From Malacoraja senta (taxonomy: Eukaryota), in NCBI GenBank assembly GCA_038087875.1, contig CM075987.1, positions 18,538,001 to 18,602,000 on the forward strand: 64,000 nt of DNA, in the 5' to 3' direction. Positions 36,160 through 48,804 of this stretch are shown here, piece after piece. The stretch's first letter is position 1. Each line of letters begins with the position of its first letter. The notes under the pieces are model-generated. The model saw nothing but the letters and a program-made list of their open reading frames with translations. It was not told the DNA's origin and did no database searches. The position numbers and the translations under genes are program-made.

Positions 36160-36495
36160 TAACCATATAACCATTACAGCATGGAAACAGGCCATCTCGG
36201 CCCTTCAAGTCCGTGCCGAACATTTTTTTAAATTTTTTTATTTTTTATTTTTTATTTTTTTAATTTAAAATAAATACTTCCCCCTAGTCCCATCTACCTG
36301 CACTCAGACCATGACCCTCCATTCCTTTCCTGTCCATATACCCATCCAATCTATTTTTAAAGGATAAAATCGAACCAGCCTCCACCACTTCCACTGGAAG
36401 CTCATTCCACACAGCTACCACTCTCTGAGTAAAGAAGTTCCCCCTAATGTTCCCCCTAAACTTCTGTCCCTTAATTCTCATGTCATGTCCCCTTA
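36160..36495 (-). mobile_element. CR1 LINE 3' end (also at +10053)
   Basis: RIKGQKFRGNIRGNFFTQRVVAVWNELP. Confidence 0.85.
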
Positions 36496-38682
36496 TCTCC
36501 TACCTCTTCACCACAGCCCAGGATTATTTTACTATTAAGAGTCACAGTTGTGTCAAGTCTACTGACTGTCGGAAAGGTCTCATTACTTATGAGGGATCTA
36601 GGAATACAGGTACATAGTTCCCTGAAAGTGGCATCACAAGTGGACAGGATGGTCAAGAAGTCTTTTGGCCTTCATCAGTCAGGGTATTGAGTATAAAAGT
36701 CGGGATGTTATGTTACAGTTGTACAATACATTGGTGAGGCCACACTTGGAGTACTGTGAATCAAAGATGCAGGTTAACGTATGAACCAAAACAAGACCTG
36801 GGATGTGAACTCCCAAGCAAGATCTGTGCCACAGCAGTGACACAAAATGACAATGAACAAGAGAGGGTCTGACCACCAATCTCTTGATATTGAACATCAA
36901 TATCTTGACCAACATTAACATCCTGAGCAGAGCTCTCTATCGACATGGAACATATGGAGAACCTCAAATAACATTAGCAGTGAGATACATATGTTCTTGA
37001 AGAGAAAAGTTGGTTTGTTTTTTCTGCGAATTGGGCACTGTTTTCCATATTTATTGTGAATAATAAAAATATCACTATACAACGATTGCCGACAAAATGC
37101 CCATTCCTTTATTTTACCTGTTATCTTTTTGGTGGTCATTGGGTGGCCAATGCAGAAGAATTGATGTATCTGGTGGAGGAGTTGATTTCCATGGAGACAA
37201 TGGAATCAAATTTCTGCTGGAAAATTGATCTTGCTTTTAATTTTGGTTTAAGATTGGCTGACACTATGGTGAGCCCATTAAAGCAGCACTCATCCTCCAC
37301 ATCGCAACCTGTGGCTGCATCGTAAGTGTTTACTACACTCCAACTCTTGTTCTAATAGACCCCTTTCCAATGTTAAGATCACATCTCTCATTCTTCCTTC
37401 TTACAGCAAATGAGGTGGTTTAGAATGGGGACAGAGAATGTTGTAGCCTCTCTAGACAGAGAGAAACAAACTCAACATTTTAGGACAATTACTGTTTAAG
37501 AACACTGAAAAGGAAACTGTTTCTTCAGATCAAACCCGCCAAGTCCTCTTATTATATTAAGGACCCTGATCAAAACAATGGGGCCAGGGGGAAGGCATTC
37601 CACTTGGGTTGAATGTGCCTTCCTTTGTATGTTTAACCCCATTGTCACCGGTGCTGGGTCCAACCAGCGCCTCATCACTGTTCACTAATTTCTAGTGTCG
37701 ATGAGAGCCACAGCCACATGGAGCCACAGCATTGAAACTGGCCCTTCAGCTCAATTCATCCCCGCTAACCAAGAGTCTATCTGAGCTAGTCCCATTTTAC
37801 AGCTGTCTGAAGAAGAATCCCCACCTGAAATGTTACCTGTCCATTTCCTCCACAGATGCTGTCTTAGATCCTCCAACATTTTGTGTTTTGCTCAAGATTC
37901 CAGCATCTGTAGTTCCTTGTGTCTTGGTTTCCCCATGTGCCCACATCCCTCTAAACCTTTTCTATCCATGTACCTGTCCAATGGTCTTTTTAATCTTGTA
38001 CCCATCTGCAAACCTTCCTCTGGCAGCTGCTTACAACACTTTAGTATGTTTTTTGCACTACTCCAGAATGCACACCAATCTTTGCGCCATTTTGCTGTTT
38101 TGTATTTGTCATTGTACTTATTATTGTACTTATCATTACCATGTACACTGTTTACTCTGTAAGCTTCATGCGAATAAGGAATTTCACCCTGGCGTATGTG
38201 ACAATAATAGTTGGAATCTGAATCCTCCGAATCCTTTGCCTTATTTTGGCTCAGCCCGCCAAATCATTGTGCACATCAAAATATGAGGCCTTAATCAAAT
38301 AATGAGCAAAAATAAGCAAAAGTGAAAGTTAGATTGAAACAGGGTGCAACAAGACCTGGTATTTTCTGACAATGCTGTGCTTGCTATCTCTCTCTCTAAT
38401 GCCCTCCCACTCTGTTAGTGGAGCACTCAATTATTTATTGATGGGTAGTGATACTGTTTCTGTCACCGAGCTGCCTGAAGCCAGAGAAAGGCGTCAAGGG
38501 AACTGCTCGAACTTCACCGTAATTAATCATTGTGCAAAAAATTTATATGAACTTTTATTGTGGTACCTGTCGCCAGCCGAAACACCAAGCGGTCGAAAGA
38601 CAGTGGACTGGTTCGCCTGCTTCTTTTTTTTCTTCTTTTGCTCCTGTTGGGAAATCCTCAATGCTCTGAGTTTTTTACAGCA

Positions 38683-38751
38683 ATGAAGTTTGCAGAACAT
38701 CTGTCGGCACATCTCACTCCAGAATGGAGGAAGCAGTACATCGCATACGAG
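38683..38751 (+). CDS. XPR1-like: XPR1-family (SPX-EXS phosphate exporter) first coding exon [23 protein letters not shown], copy A
   Basis: Canonical SPX N-terminus (MKF...PEW...YI.Y); 69 nt; donor GAG|GTGAGG. Confidence 0.93.
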
Positions 38752-39401
38752 GTGAGGACTTGCACAAGTTACTTCTCTGTATCTGAACTGTAGGGAACCA
38801 CTGCATTTAGTCCAGAGGGTTTAATTGTCATATGCACCTGAACAATGACATTCTTACTTGCTGCAGCTTAACAGGTCTGTAAACACAATACACACATTGA
38901 TAACATGAACAAAAATGTAATAAATTAACAACCACAATCCTAGTGCAGAAAAAACACACCAAAGTCCTTTGTGCAACCAAGGACAGTCCATAGAATTTCA
39001 TACATAGAGTGCTGGTGTAAATCAACGGGTCAGACAGCAAATCTGGAGGATAGCGATAGGTAACGTTTCAGGTCAGGACTCTTCTTCTGACTGAAGTGAC
39101 CTGAAACATTGCCTATACATGTCCTCCACAAATGCTGCCTGACCCACTGAGTTACTTCCGCACTTTGTGTGGTTTTATTCATTCCAGCATCTGCAGTTTC
39201 TTGTTTCTCCACAGAAGTTTATAGTTGCAGTTAGTGTTGCATTGTATTCAAGAGCCTGATGGTTGTTGGGAAGAAGCTGTTCTTGAACCTGGTGTGAGAG
39301 GTGAGGTTATGGTGGAAGGTGGCTATCGGTGAGAAACTGGCCCCAGTCAAGTTGGGGACCAGTAATGTGGAGAGTCAGTGTGTGGCTGGTGATCTACAAT
39401 C

Positions 39402-39680
39402 GGCACAGTGGCACAGATGGTAGAGCTGCTGCCTCACAGTGCCAGAGACCTGGGTTCGATCTTGAACTCAGGTGCTTTCTGTACAGAGTTTGCTTATTAT
39501 CTCTGTGGGTTTTTTTCGGTTTCCCCCCGAATCTCAAAGGAATGCAGGTTTGTTCAATTGGCCGCAGTAACTTACCCCTTAGTGGTAAGGAGTGGATATG
39601 AAAGTGGGCTAATGTGTGAACAGCTCAGCGTGGACTCGAGGGCTTTTTCCATGCATTATCTTTAAACTAAGCTAAACTTT
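39402..39680 (+). mobile_element. HE1/V-SINE-like SINE (also at +10053)
   Basis: ggcacagtggcacagatggtagagctgctgcctcacagtgccagagacctgggttcgatc. Confidence 0.8.
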
Positions 39681-41009
39681 AAACAAGAGTTATATGAAAT
39701 TATCAATGGCAACAGAATTGTTTTATTCTAAACCACATCCTTGTGTAAGTGTCTTTTAGTATCATCAGAAGAAACAAGAAACTACAGATGTTGGCATCTT
39801 GAGCTAAAAACAATGTCCTGGGGGTACTTGGGGAGTCAGGCAGCATCTGGGGAGAGAAATGGAGAGATGACATTTTGGATCAGAACCAGACTGGTTGAAT
39901 AGGGGGTTGATAGCTGGAAAAGGGAGGAGGGCCAAGACAAAGCCCCCAGTTCTATTTTCAAGAATCATTTATTGACGATGTTTACTAATCTGTGAAATGA
40001 AGCAATTCATCACTACAGTTGGTAATTTTTGCGAGCTAAGGTGAATAGAGTTAACAGTTAGAACTGGATTTGGATCTATCGTGAAGATGTGAGAATCAGA
40101 TGACAGCTCTCACTTTTGTTCCCATTCAGGAGTCCATGTCCAAGGCAATGCGTCCCCCCATTGATTTGATGCATGGTTAGATGTGCTGTTCTTCAGTGAC
40201 AGGGAAGTTAATCAAGTAGACTTTACAGATTAGGCTAAACAGAGCTGGTTAACATGGTGCCTTCAATCAGCAGCCTCTGGAAATAGCTAACCTGTTTCTC
40301 CAATGCAGTTTTAAGGTACTTCAATGTGCGCAAATTGGCTGCTCCGTTTGCCTGCAGATTGCCAGGTGTTGAGGGCAAGGAGGACAGAACCAATTAATGG
40401 ATTGATGTCAGGCATGTTGAAGGTGGGCTGTATTCACACCCATCTTCTTGAGACCGAGATGGACATGCCTCCCTTACAAAGAAATGAGGTCCACATTACT
40501 AAAAGAAACTACAGAAAAAATAACACAAAGCACAGACTCACCATAATGCTGGAGACACCAGGAACTGCAGATTACTTTGAGGAGATTCATCAGTGGAGTC
40601 TGAAGAAGTCGCCTGTCCATTCCCTCCTCAGATGCTGCCTGACCCATTGCGTTCCTTGAGCATTTTGTGTTTTGCTCCCCATAATGCTGGTGGGTTGCAT
40701 CTGCAGACAGCTCCTGTCATGCACACGGTGGCTTTAGCTGTACAGACCCCATCCCCAGCCATTTATGTTGTGAAACTTCCACCGTCAATTTGCTATTTCC
40801 ACTCATTTCACTTATGGGGGTTATGTGAACCATTGAGGTTCGAGTTGTGGCTTGAGTTCTTCAGGTAGTTCAAACAATAATTACAGATTCCTTGCCTCCA
40901 TCCACTACCCCTCAAAGCACAAGACTTGGCACCTCCCCATTTTAATCAGTCAGCTCTTGGAAGACTTGCAAATTGGCAGTTCAATAAACTTTGGAAATAC
41001 CTCCCTAAA

Positions 41010-41105
41010 CCTCCCTGCCTCTCAACCTCCTTGCCTCTCAACCTCCCTGCCTCTCACCCTCCCTGCCTCTCAACCTCCCTGCCTCTCAACCTCCCTGCCT
41101 CTCAA
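41010..41105 (+). repeat. 16-bp minisatellite (CCTCCCTGCCTCTCAA)x6 in XPR intron 1 (also 51063-51158)
   Basis: Six units with two single-base variants. Confidence 0.92.
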
Positions 41106-41369
41106 CTTCTTAAGACTTGGGATTTTGTCAACATCTTTGATTATATAGTATTGCTTGTTGGCAAATTTGCCAGTTTCCCCAATTCTTGTGAAACACCTTG
41201 GAATGTTTTAATCTTTCAAAAGTACCAGGTAAATCTACTTTTGTTTATCTGAAACGGCATCTTAATAAGCATTAAATTGTGAAGGACTTTTGCAAACTTG
41301 CTGGTGGCAGTTCATGAAGTCTCACAATGATCATGGTGGTTTTTAGTCGAGAATTGGTCTTGGTTTTGC

Positions 41370-41990
41370 TACTGGTTTACCAATGTCACTTGGATTGAGA
41401 TACTGTGAAAACGTTTCCTTGTGTGGTATCCAAACAAATCATACCATACATGGGTACAAACTCTTGAGTACAAAGAGAAAAAAAAGTGCAGACTATAGCA
41501 TGACAGAGAAAGCGCAGATAGCAAAAAGTACATAGCTATGACAAGGTAGATTGGGAGATCAATAATGTATTCGAAGCATACAAGTAGCCTGTTCAAGAAC
41601 CTGGCAGCAGCAGGGAAGAGGCTGTCCTTGAATCTGATAGCAATTGCTTTGAAGCTTTTGTGTCTTATGCCTGAAGGGAGAGGGGAACAGAGAGAACGAC
41701 CTGGGTGTGAGTGACCTTTGATTATGTTAACTACTTTCCCAAGGCAGCATGAAGTGCAGATGGAATCGATGGAAGGGTGGGGTGGAGGGAGAGGAGGCTG
41801 GTTTGTGTGTTCGACTGGGCCGTGTCCACAACTCAATGCAAATTTTGTGGCCCTGGCCAAAACAGTTGGCAACCCAAACTGCGATGCATTTGAGTAGGAT
41901 GCTTTCTACAGTGCATCTGTAGAAATTGGTAAGAATCTTTGGAGAAATTCCAAATTTCCTTAGTCTTCTGAAGAAACATGCCAAATTTCC
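41370..41990 (-). mobile_element. Rex1/L2-group LINE 3' fragment (also at 51423-52043)
   Basis: FFRRLRKFGISPKILTNFYRCTVESIL and HPGRSLCSPLPSGIRHKSFK..RFKDSLFPAAARFLN. Confidence 0.8.
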
Positions 41991-43154
41991 TTACAATCAA
42001 AGTTTTGCTCTAACAGAAACTGATGGCTATTGAGACAACTTAACACATGCACATATAACAAATCCACATTTCACCATAAAAAAGCCACAGCATTTTAATT
42101 TAATTATGTAAACGTATATTGAATTTTATCTCATTGCAGACAAGTCTGATGAAAGACTGGATTCCCCCAATCAGAGGGGAATGAAATGGTCATTGATTCT
42201 CCTCTCCTTTTAACTGTCTAATCAGCTTTTCTTGCACTGTACTGTTCTATCCTCCATCTATCTGCTACAATACACAACCAGATTTGAAAGAACTACAGAG
42301 CTTTGACCTGGTTCATGGGTCATGGTGTTGGTTGGCTCTGTCTATAACACACTGCCTCTGCTGCTAAATATAAGTGGAGTTCCATGTTGTGGGTTCAGGT
42401 TGGATTTTCATTCCTCAATGTTCTTGGAACTTCTGGCATTTTGTCCTGCACGCCTCATTGGATCAACATTGGCCAACTGCGCAGACAGTAGTGGCAGAGA
42501 TCACAGATAGTGGGTGAACACAGTGCTGCTGCTAATGCCCGTGAGTGCCATGCATTGAACTTCTAGCACAGCACCAAGTGTTGGAGGAACTCAGTGGATC
42601 AGGCACCATCATTGGAGGGAATGGACAGACAATGTTTCGGGTTGGGAACTTTATTCAGACTGTTTGTAAAGGGGGGGGGGGGTGGGGAGAGAGATACAGC
42701 TGAAAAGAGAGACGGGTATGGAACAAAGCCTGGCAAATGATAGGTGGATACAGGTGAGGCGGGTTAGGATGAGGGTTCTAGATTTGTCCTAAATCTATTC
42801 CATGAGGATGTTGATGTATTCACACAATGGAGGGGGGAACCACTGAATTGGCACGTGAGATGCCCTACATTACTGTCATGAAGAAATACAACTGAATGAA
42901 TCAAATGTCTTCATAATATTCAGCAATTACATTGAAGTTTCCTGCACCAAAGAAAACGCCACAGGGTCCACACATAATGAAAATCCCTCATTGGTGGCAT
43001 CATAAATTCAAAGAGAGAAGCTATTTGGTCTATTATGTTCAACTTGTTTAAAATGAAAGGTTTGTCAACATTATTTCACAACCTACTGCACTTTGGGTGT
43101 ATGAGAGGACATCATCACTAGATGTGAGCCACAAGGACCAACACAAGCAGACAC

Positions 43155-43484
43155 ATAGTATGGAAACAGGCCTTTCAGCCCAATGTGTCCATGACACCCT
43201 TGAACTAATCCCACACTAATCCCATTCTATTCTACGTAAATTCCCATCAACTCTCCCGCATTCTACCACTTACCCACACACCCACAGCAATTTTCAGAGG
43301 TCAATTAAACTACCAACCGTTGCGTCTTTAGGATCTGAGAGGAAACTAGAGTACCTGGAGTAAACCCATGCAGTCACAGGGAGAACATGCAAACTCCACA
43401 CAGACACTACCAGGGGTCAGGATCAAAGCCAGGTTTATGGAGCTGTGAGGCAGTGATTCTGCCAGCTGTGCCACCACACTGCCC
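43155..43484 (-). mobile_element. HE1/V-SINE-like SINE nested in a CR1-type tail (also at +10053)
   Basis: Reverse-complement SINE head at ~43420-43484. Confidence 0.7.
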
Positions 43485-43647
43485 AAAATTATGTATTGAT
43501 GGTCTTCCATCCAAGAGACATGGTAAGGTAGAAAACAGCAGTAGAGTTGGTTTAGTCTCAAGTGCCTCCTGCCTCATATCATGTGGGGTGGAACGACACC
43601 AGGTGCATGCTTACTTATTCTTTCTATTTTTTTTATTTATTGAACAG

Positions 43648-43699
43648 TCTTTGAAGAAGATGCTGTACTTGGCCCAGGAAGAAGCCCCAAACACAGAAG
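43648..43699 (+). CDS. XPR1-like: XPR1-family second coding exon SLKKMLYLAQEEAPNTE, copy A
   Basis: T-rich acceptor ...TTGAACAG|TCT, donor AAG|GTAATA; 52 nt; aligns to XPR1 AFKDMLYSAQDQAPSVE. Confidence 0.88.
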
Positions 43700-43705
43700 G
43701 TAATA

Positions 43706-44131
43706 GGGTATTAGCTACAAGGAGGGGTTGGACAAACTTGGATTGTTTTCTCCAGAACACTGGAGATTGAGGGGAGACCCGAGAGAAGTCTATAAAATTA
43801 TGAGAGGCGTAGATAGGGTTGACAGTCAGAACCTTTATCCCAGGGTCGAAATGTCAAAGACTAGAGGACATAGCTTTAAATTAAGAGGGGCAAAGTTTAA
43901 AGGAGATGTGCATGGCAAGTTCCTACACAGACCCAGATGGGTGCCTGGAACACGCTGCCAGGAGGTGTGGTGGATGCAGTTAAGTTAGGGGTATTTAAGA
44001 GGCGTTTAGATAGGCCCATTGGTGGGATGTGGACCCCATGCAGCAAATGGGACAAGTTTATTTTGGCACAATGCTCGGCCCAGACAATGTGGGCCAAAGC
44101 GCCCATACCTATGCTGTACTTTTCTATGTTC
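43706..44131 (+). mobile_element. CR1 LINE 3' end abutting the XPR exon 2 donor (also 53759-54184)
   Basis: DKLGLFSPEHWRLRGDPREVYKIMRGVDRVD..TRGHSFKLRG. Confidence 0.85.
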
Positions 44132-44216
44132 TGAGTGATGTTACTATGAGATGGAACAGCAGCATCCTCCAGAACAGATGTTGCTTCCACTATCTTGAAT
44201 AGAATATCCTGACTTG

Positions 44217-44416
44217 NNNNNNNNNNNNNNNNNNNNNNNNNNNNNNNNNNNNNNNNNNNNNNNNNNNNNNNNNNNNNNNNNNNNNNNNNNNNNNNNNNNN
44301 NNNNNNNNNNNNNNNNNNNNNNNNNNNNNNNNNNNNNNNNNNNNNNNNNNNNNNNNNNNNNNNNNNNNNNNNNNNNNNNNNNNNNNNNNNNNNNNNNNNN
44401 NNNNNNNNNNNNNNNN
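44217..44416. other. 200-N scaffold gap
   Basis: Run of N. Confidence 1.
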
Positions 44417-47400
44417 CGAGACCCTTCTTCAGACTCTCGACCCGAAAAGTCACCCATTCCTTCTCTCCAGAGAAGCTGCCTGTCCTGCTGAGTTACTCCA
44501 GCATTTTGTGCCTACCTTCGATTTAAACCAGCATCTGCAGTTCTTCCCTACACATTCTAGCAACTGCAGTTCCTTGTTATGAAATATCATTATAGCTAAT
44601 GGACTTGTAAGCTTCAACTGTTCCTCAATGTGATTTAAAGAATGGACTTGTAAACTCTCCTGGGTCTAGGCTGCAGATTACTCAAGTCCCACAAGATGTT
44701 GGTTGTCTTTTGCAGGTAAGAACTACATGGAAAACGTATTGGGGCTACTCATGCACATTAGTGTTGTAGTGATCTTCCAGGTCACTTTATCATCGTGGGG
44801 TTTGAAGAAGGGTCCTAACCTGAAACACCATTTGTCCATTTCCCTCCACAGATACTGCCTGACCCCCTGAGTTCCTCCAGCACTTTGTGTTTTGCTCAAG
44901 ATTCCAACATCTGCAGTTCCTTGTGCCTGCCAAGTCATTTAGTTATGCAAACAATTGCTCAAGGAAAACCTTAGTGAGGAAAGAGAGATGAAGATGGAAA
45001 AGATAGGCTGATGTAAAAGACTGAGAAAGGGTTGAAGATGAGGTCATAAACAGCAATGTGTGAGAAAATAGTGGATCTACTGATAATTTAACCATCCTGG
45101 CACCAACTCACTAAAGAAGACTGAAGCTCTCCATATTACAGAAATGTTTCAAATAAATCTCGATACTTAGACAAGTGGCCCAGTAGCTGAAACCCTCAAA
45201 AGCAAGGGCACAGTCTTTTCATCTTACTGAATGAGGTGCAAGAATTGGCCTCAGCTTCTTTTAAAATTCACCTGTTGCTACCCAGGTCTTCCCACCAACC
45301 CCAGTATCTCTGCTGTAAAAGGAAGGAAAGGGAAAAAAAAATCTGTCACAGTTCTTTCTTTGGTCCCGAACAGCATTTTCTTTTGAGCTTATTGGAGCTG
45401 CAGTTATTCCAGAAAAATTGAGATTATTCAAACACATCCCTTGACTGTGGTGAGATGTTAGTTTAGTTTAGAAATACAGTGCCTACACACACTAGGGACA
45501 TTTTACACATACACAAAGTATACAAACCCAAGACAATTAACCTAGAAGCCTGCACGTCTTTGCAGTGTGGAAGGAAACCAAAGATCTCGGAGAAAACCGA
45601 CAAGGTCACGGGGAGAACGTACAAACCCCGTACAGACAGTACCCGTAGTCGGGATCGAACCCGGGTGTCCGGCACTGCAAGCGCTGTAAGGTAGCTACTC
45701 TACCGCTGCGCCACCGTGTCGCCCTCAGATGGTTTGGGAGAATCAAATAATGAGTCACTTGCCGCAAGACACGTAGCCTCTTACTGGCTGCTGTAGCCCC
45801 AGTATTTATGAGTCCCACAGAACAGTAGCGCAGTGGTAGAACTGCTGCCTCACAGCGCCAGAGACCCCGGATGGATCCTGACCTTGGCTGCTGTCTGAGT
45901 GGAGATTGCACACTCTCCCTGTGACCATATGGGTTTCCTCCGGATGCTCCGGTTTTCTCCCACATCCCAAAGATATGTAGGTTAATTGGCCTCTGTAAAT
46001 TGCCTTTAGCATGTCGTGGCACAACTAGTGTGACCATGTGATCGACGGTCGGGTTGGTGAGATAAAGGGCCTGTTTCCATGCTGTATCTAAAATAAACTG
46101 GACAAAACCAAATCAAACTGTATCAAAGAGCGAAAGATTCATATTGCACTGGAAGCCATTTGGCCTGTTGTTATTCATAGCTCTCTGAATGAACTTTCCA
46201 ATTGGTCCCTTATAACCATATAACCATTACAGCATGGAAACAGGCCATCTCGGCCCTTCAAGTCCGTGCCGAACATTTTTTTAAATTTTTTTATTTTTTA
46301 TTTTTTATTTTTTTAATTTAAAATAAATACTTCCCCCTAGTCCCATCTACCTGCACTCAGACCATGACCCTCCATTCCTTTCCTGTCCATATACCCATCC
46401 AATCTATTTTTAAAGGATAAAATCGAACCAGCCTCCACCACTTCCACTGGAAGCTCATTCCACACAGCTACCACTCTCTGAGTAAAGAAGTTCCCCCTAA
46501 TGTTCCCCCTAAACTTCTGTCCCTTAATTCTCATGTCATGTCCCCTTATCTCCTACCTCTTCACCACAGCCCAGGATTATTTTACTATTAAGAGTCACAG
46601 TTGTGTCAAGTCTACTGACTGTCGGAAAGGTCTCATTACTTATGAGGGATCTAGGAATACAGGTACATAGTTCCCTGAAAGTGGCATCACAAGTGGACAG
46701 GATGGTCAAGAAGTCTTTTGGCCTTCATCAGTCAGGGTATTGAGTATAAAAGTCGGGATGTTATGTTACAGTTGTACAATACATTGGTGAGGCCACACTT
46801 GGAGTACTGTGAATCAAAGATGCAGGTTAACGTATGAACCAAAACAAGACCTGGGATGTGAACTCCCAAGCAAGATCTGTGCCACAGCAGTGACACAAAA
46901 TGACAATGAACAAGAGAGGGTCTGACCACCAATCTCTTGATATTGAACATCAATATCTTGACCAACATTAACATCCTGAGCAGAGCTCTCTATCGACATG
47001 GAACATATGGAGAACCTCAAATAACATTAGCAGTGAGATACATATGTTCTTGAAGAGAAAAGTTGGTTTGTTTTTTCTGCGAATTGGGCACTGTTTTCCA
47101 TATTTATTGTGAATAATAAAAATATCACTATACAACGATTGCCGACAAAATGCCCATTCCTTTATTTTACCTGTTATCTTTTTGGTGGTCATTGGGTGGC
47201 CAATGCAGAAGAATTGATGTATCTGGTGGAGGAGTTGATTTCCATGGAGACAATGGAATCAAATTTCTGCTGGAAAATTGATCTTGCTTTTAATTTTGGT
47301 TTAAGATTGGCTGACACTATGGTGAGCCCATTAAAGCAGCACTCATCCTCCACATCGCAACCTGTGGCTGCATCGTAAGTGTTTACTACACTCCAACTCT

Positions 47401-48735
47401 TGTTCTAATAGACCCCTTTCCAATGTTAAGATCACATCTCTCATTCTTCCTTCTTACAGCAAATGAGGTGGTTTAGAATGGGGACAGAGAATGTTGTAGC
47501 CTCTCTAGACAGAGAGAAACAAACTCAACATTTTAGGACAATTACTGTTTAAGAACACTGAAAAGGAAACTGTTTCTTCAGATCAAACCCGCCAAGTCCT
47601 CTTATTATATTAAGGACCCTGATCAAAACAATGGGGCCAGGGGGAAGGCATTCCACTTGGGTTGAATGTGCCTTCCTTTGTATGTTTAACCCCATTGTCA
47701 CCGGTGCTGGGTCCAACCAGCGCCTCATCACTGTTCACTAATTTCTAGTGTCGATGAGAGCCACAGCCACATGGAGCCACAGCATTGAAACTGGCCCTTC
47801 AGCTCAATTCATCCCCGCTAACCAAGAGTCTATCTGAGCTAGTCCCATTTTACAGCTGTCTGAAGAAGAATCCCCACCTGAAATGTTACCTGTCCATTTC
47901 CTCCACAGATGCTGTCTTAGATCCTCCAACATTTTGTGTTTTGCTCAAGATTCCAGCATCTGTAGTTCCTTGTGTCTTGGTTTCCCCATGTGCCCACATC
48001 CCTCTAAACCTTTTCTATCCATGTACCTGTCCAATGGTCTTTTTAATCTTGTACCCATCTGCAAACCTTCCTCTGGCAGCTGCTTACAACACTTTAGTAT
48101 GTTTTTTGCACTACTCCAGAATGCACACCAATCTTTGCGCCATTTTGCTGTTTTGTATTTGTCATTGTACTTATTATTGTACTTATCATTACCATGTACA
48201 CTGTTTACTCTGTAAGCTTCATGCGAATAAGGAATTTCACCCTGGCGTATGTGACAATAATAGTTGGAATCTGAATCCTCCGAATCCTTTGCCTTATTTT
48301 GGCTCAGCCCGCCAAATCATTGTGCACATCAAAATATGAGGCCTTAATCAAATAATGAGCAAAAATAAGCAAAAGTGAAAGTTAGATTGAAACAGGGTGC
48401 AACAAGACCTGGTATTTTCTGACAATGCTGTGCTTGCTATCTCTCTCTCTAATGCCCTCCCACTCTGTTAGTGGAGCACTCAATTATTTATTGATGGGTA
48501 GTGATACTGTTTCTGTCACCGAGCTGCCTGAAGCCAGAGAAAGGCGTCAAGGGAACTGCTCGAACTTCACCGTAATTAATCATTGTGCAAAAAATTTATA
48601 TGAACTTTTATTGTGGTACCTGTCGCCAGCCGAAACACCAAGCGGTCGAAAGACAGTGGACTGGTTCGCCTGCTTCTTTTTTTTCTTCTTTTGCTCCTGT
48701 TGGGAAATCCTCAATGCTCTGAGTTTTTTACAGCA

Positions 48736-48804
48736 ATGAAGTTTGCAGAACATCTGTCGGCACATCTCACTCCAGAATGGAGGAAGCAGTACATCGCATA
48801 CGAG
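48736..48804 (+). CDS. XPR1-like: XPR1-family first coding exon, copy B (duplicated block)
   Basis: Identical to 38683-38751 at offset +10053. Confidence 0.9.

Larger units (their letters stand above)
34364..44216 (+). repeat. 9,853-bp block, copy A, ending at the assembly gap
   Basis: ORFs lying wholly inside the block recur with identical translation 10,053 nt downstream. Confidence 0.97.

Noticed and set aside
38560-38682. Open frame upstream of the XPR ATG giving a signal-peptide-like extension ([13 protein letters not shown])
   Set aside because: It starts at GTG, and the hydrophobic run is simply the translated pyrimidine tract. SPX domains normally begin at MKF.
41010-41105. Regular repeat array, CRISPR-like at first glance
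   Set aside because: No spacers; a plain 16-bp minisatellite in a vertebrate intron.
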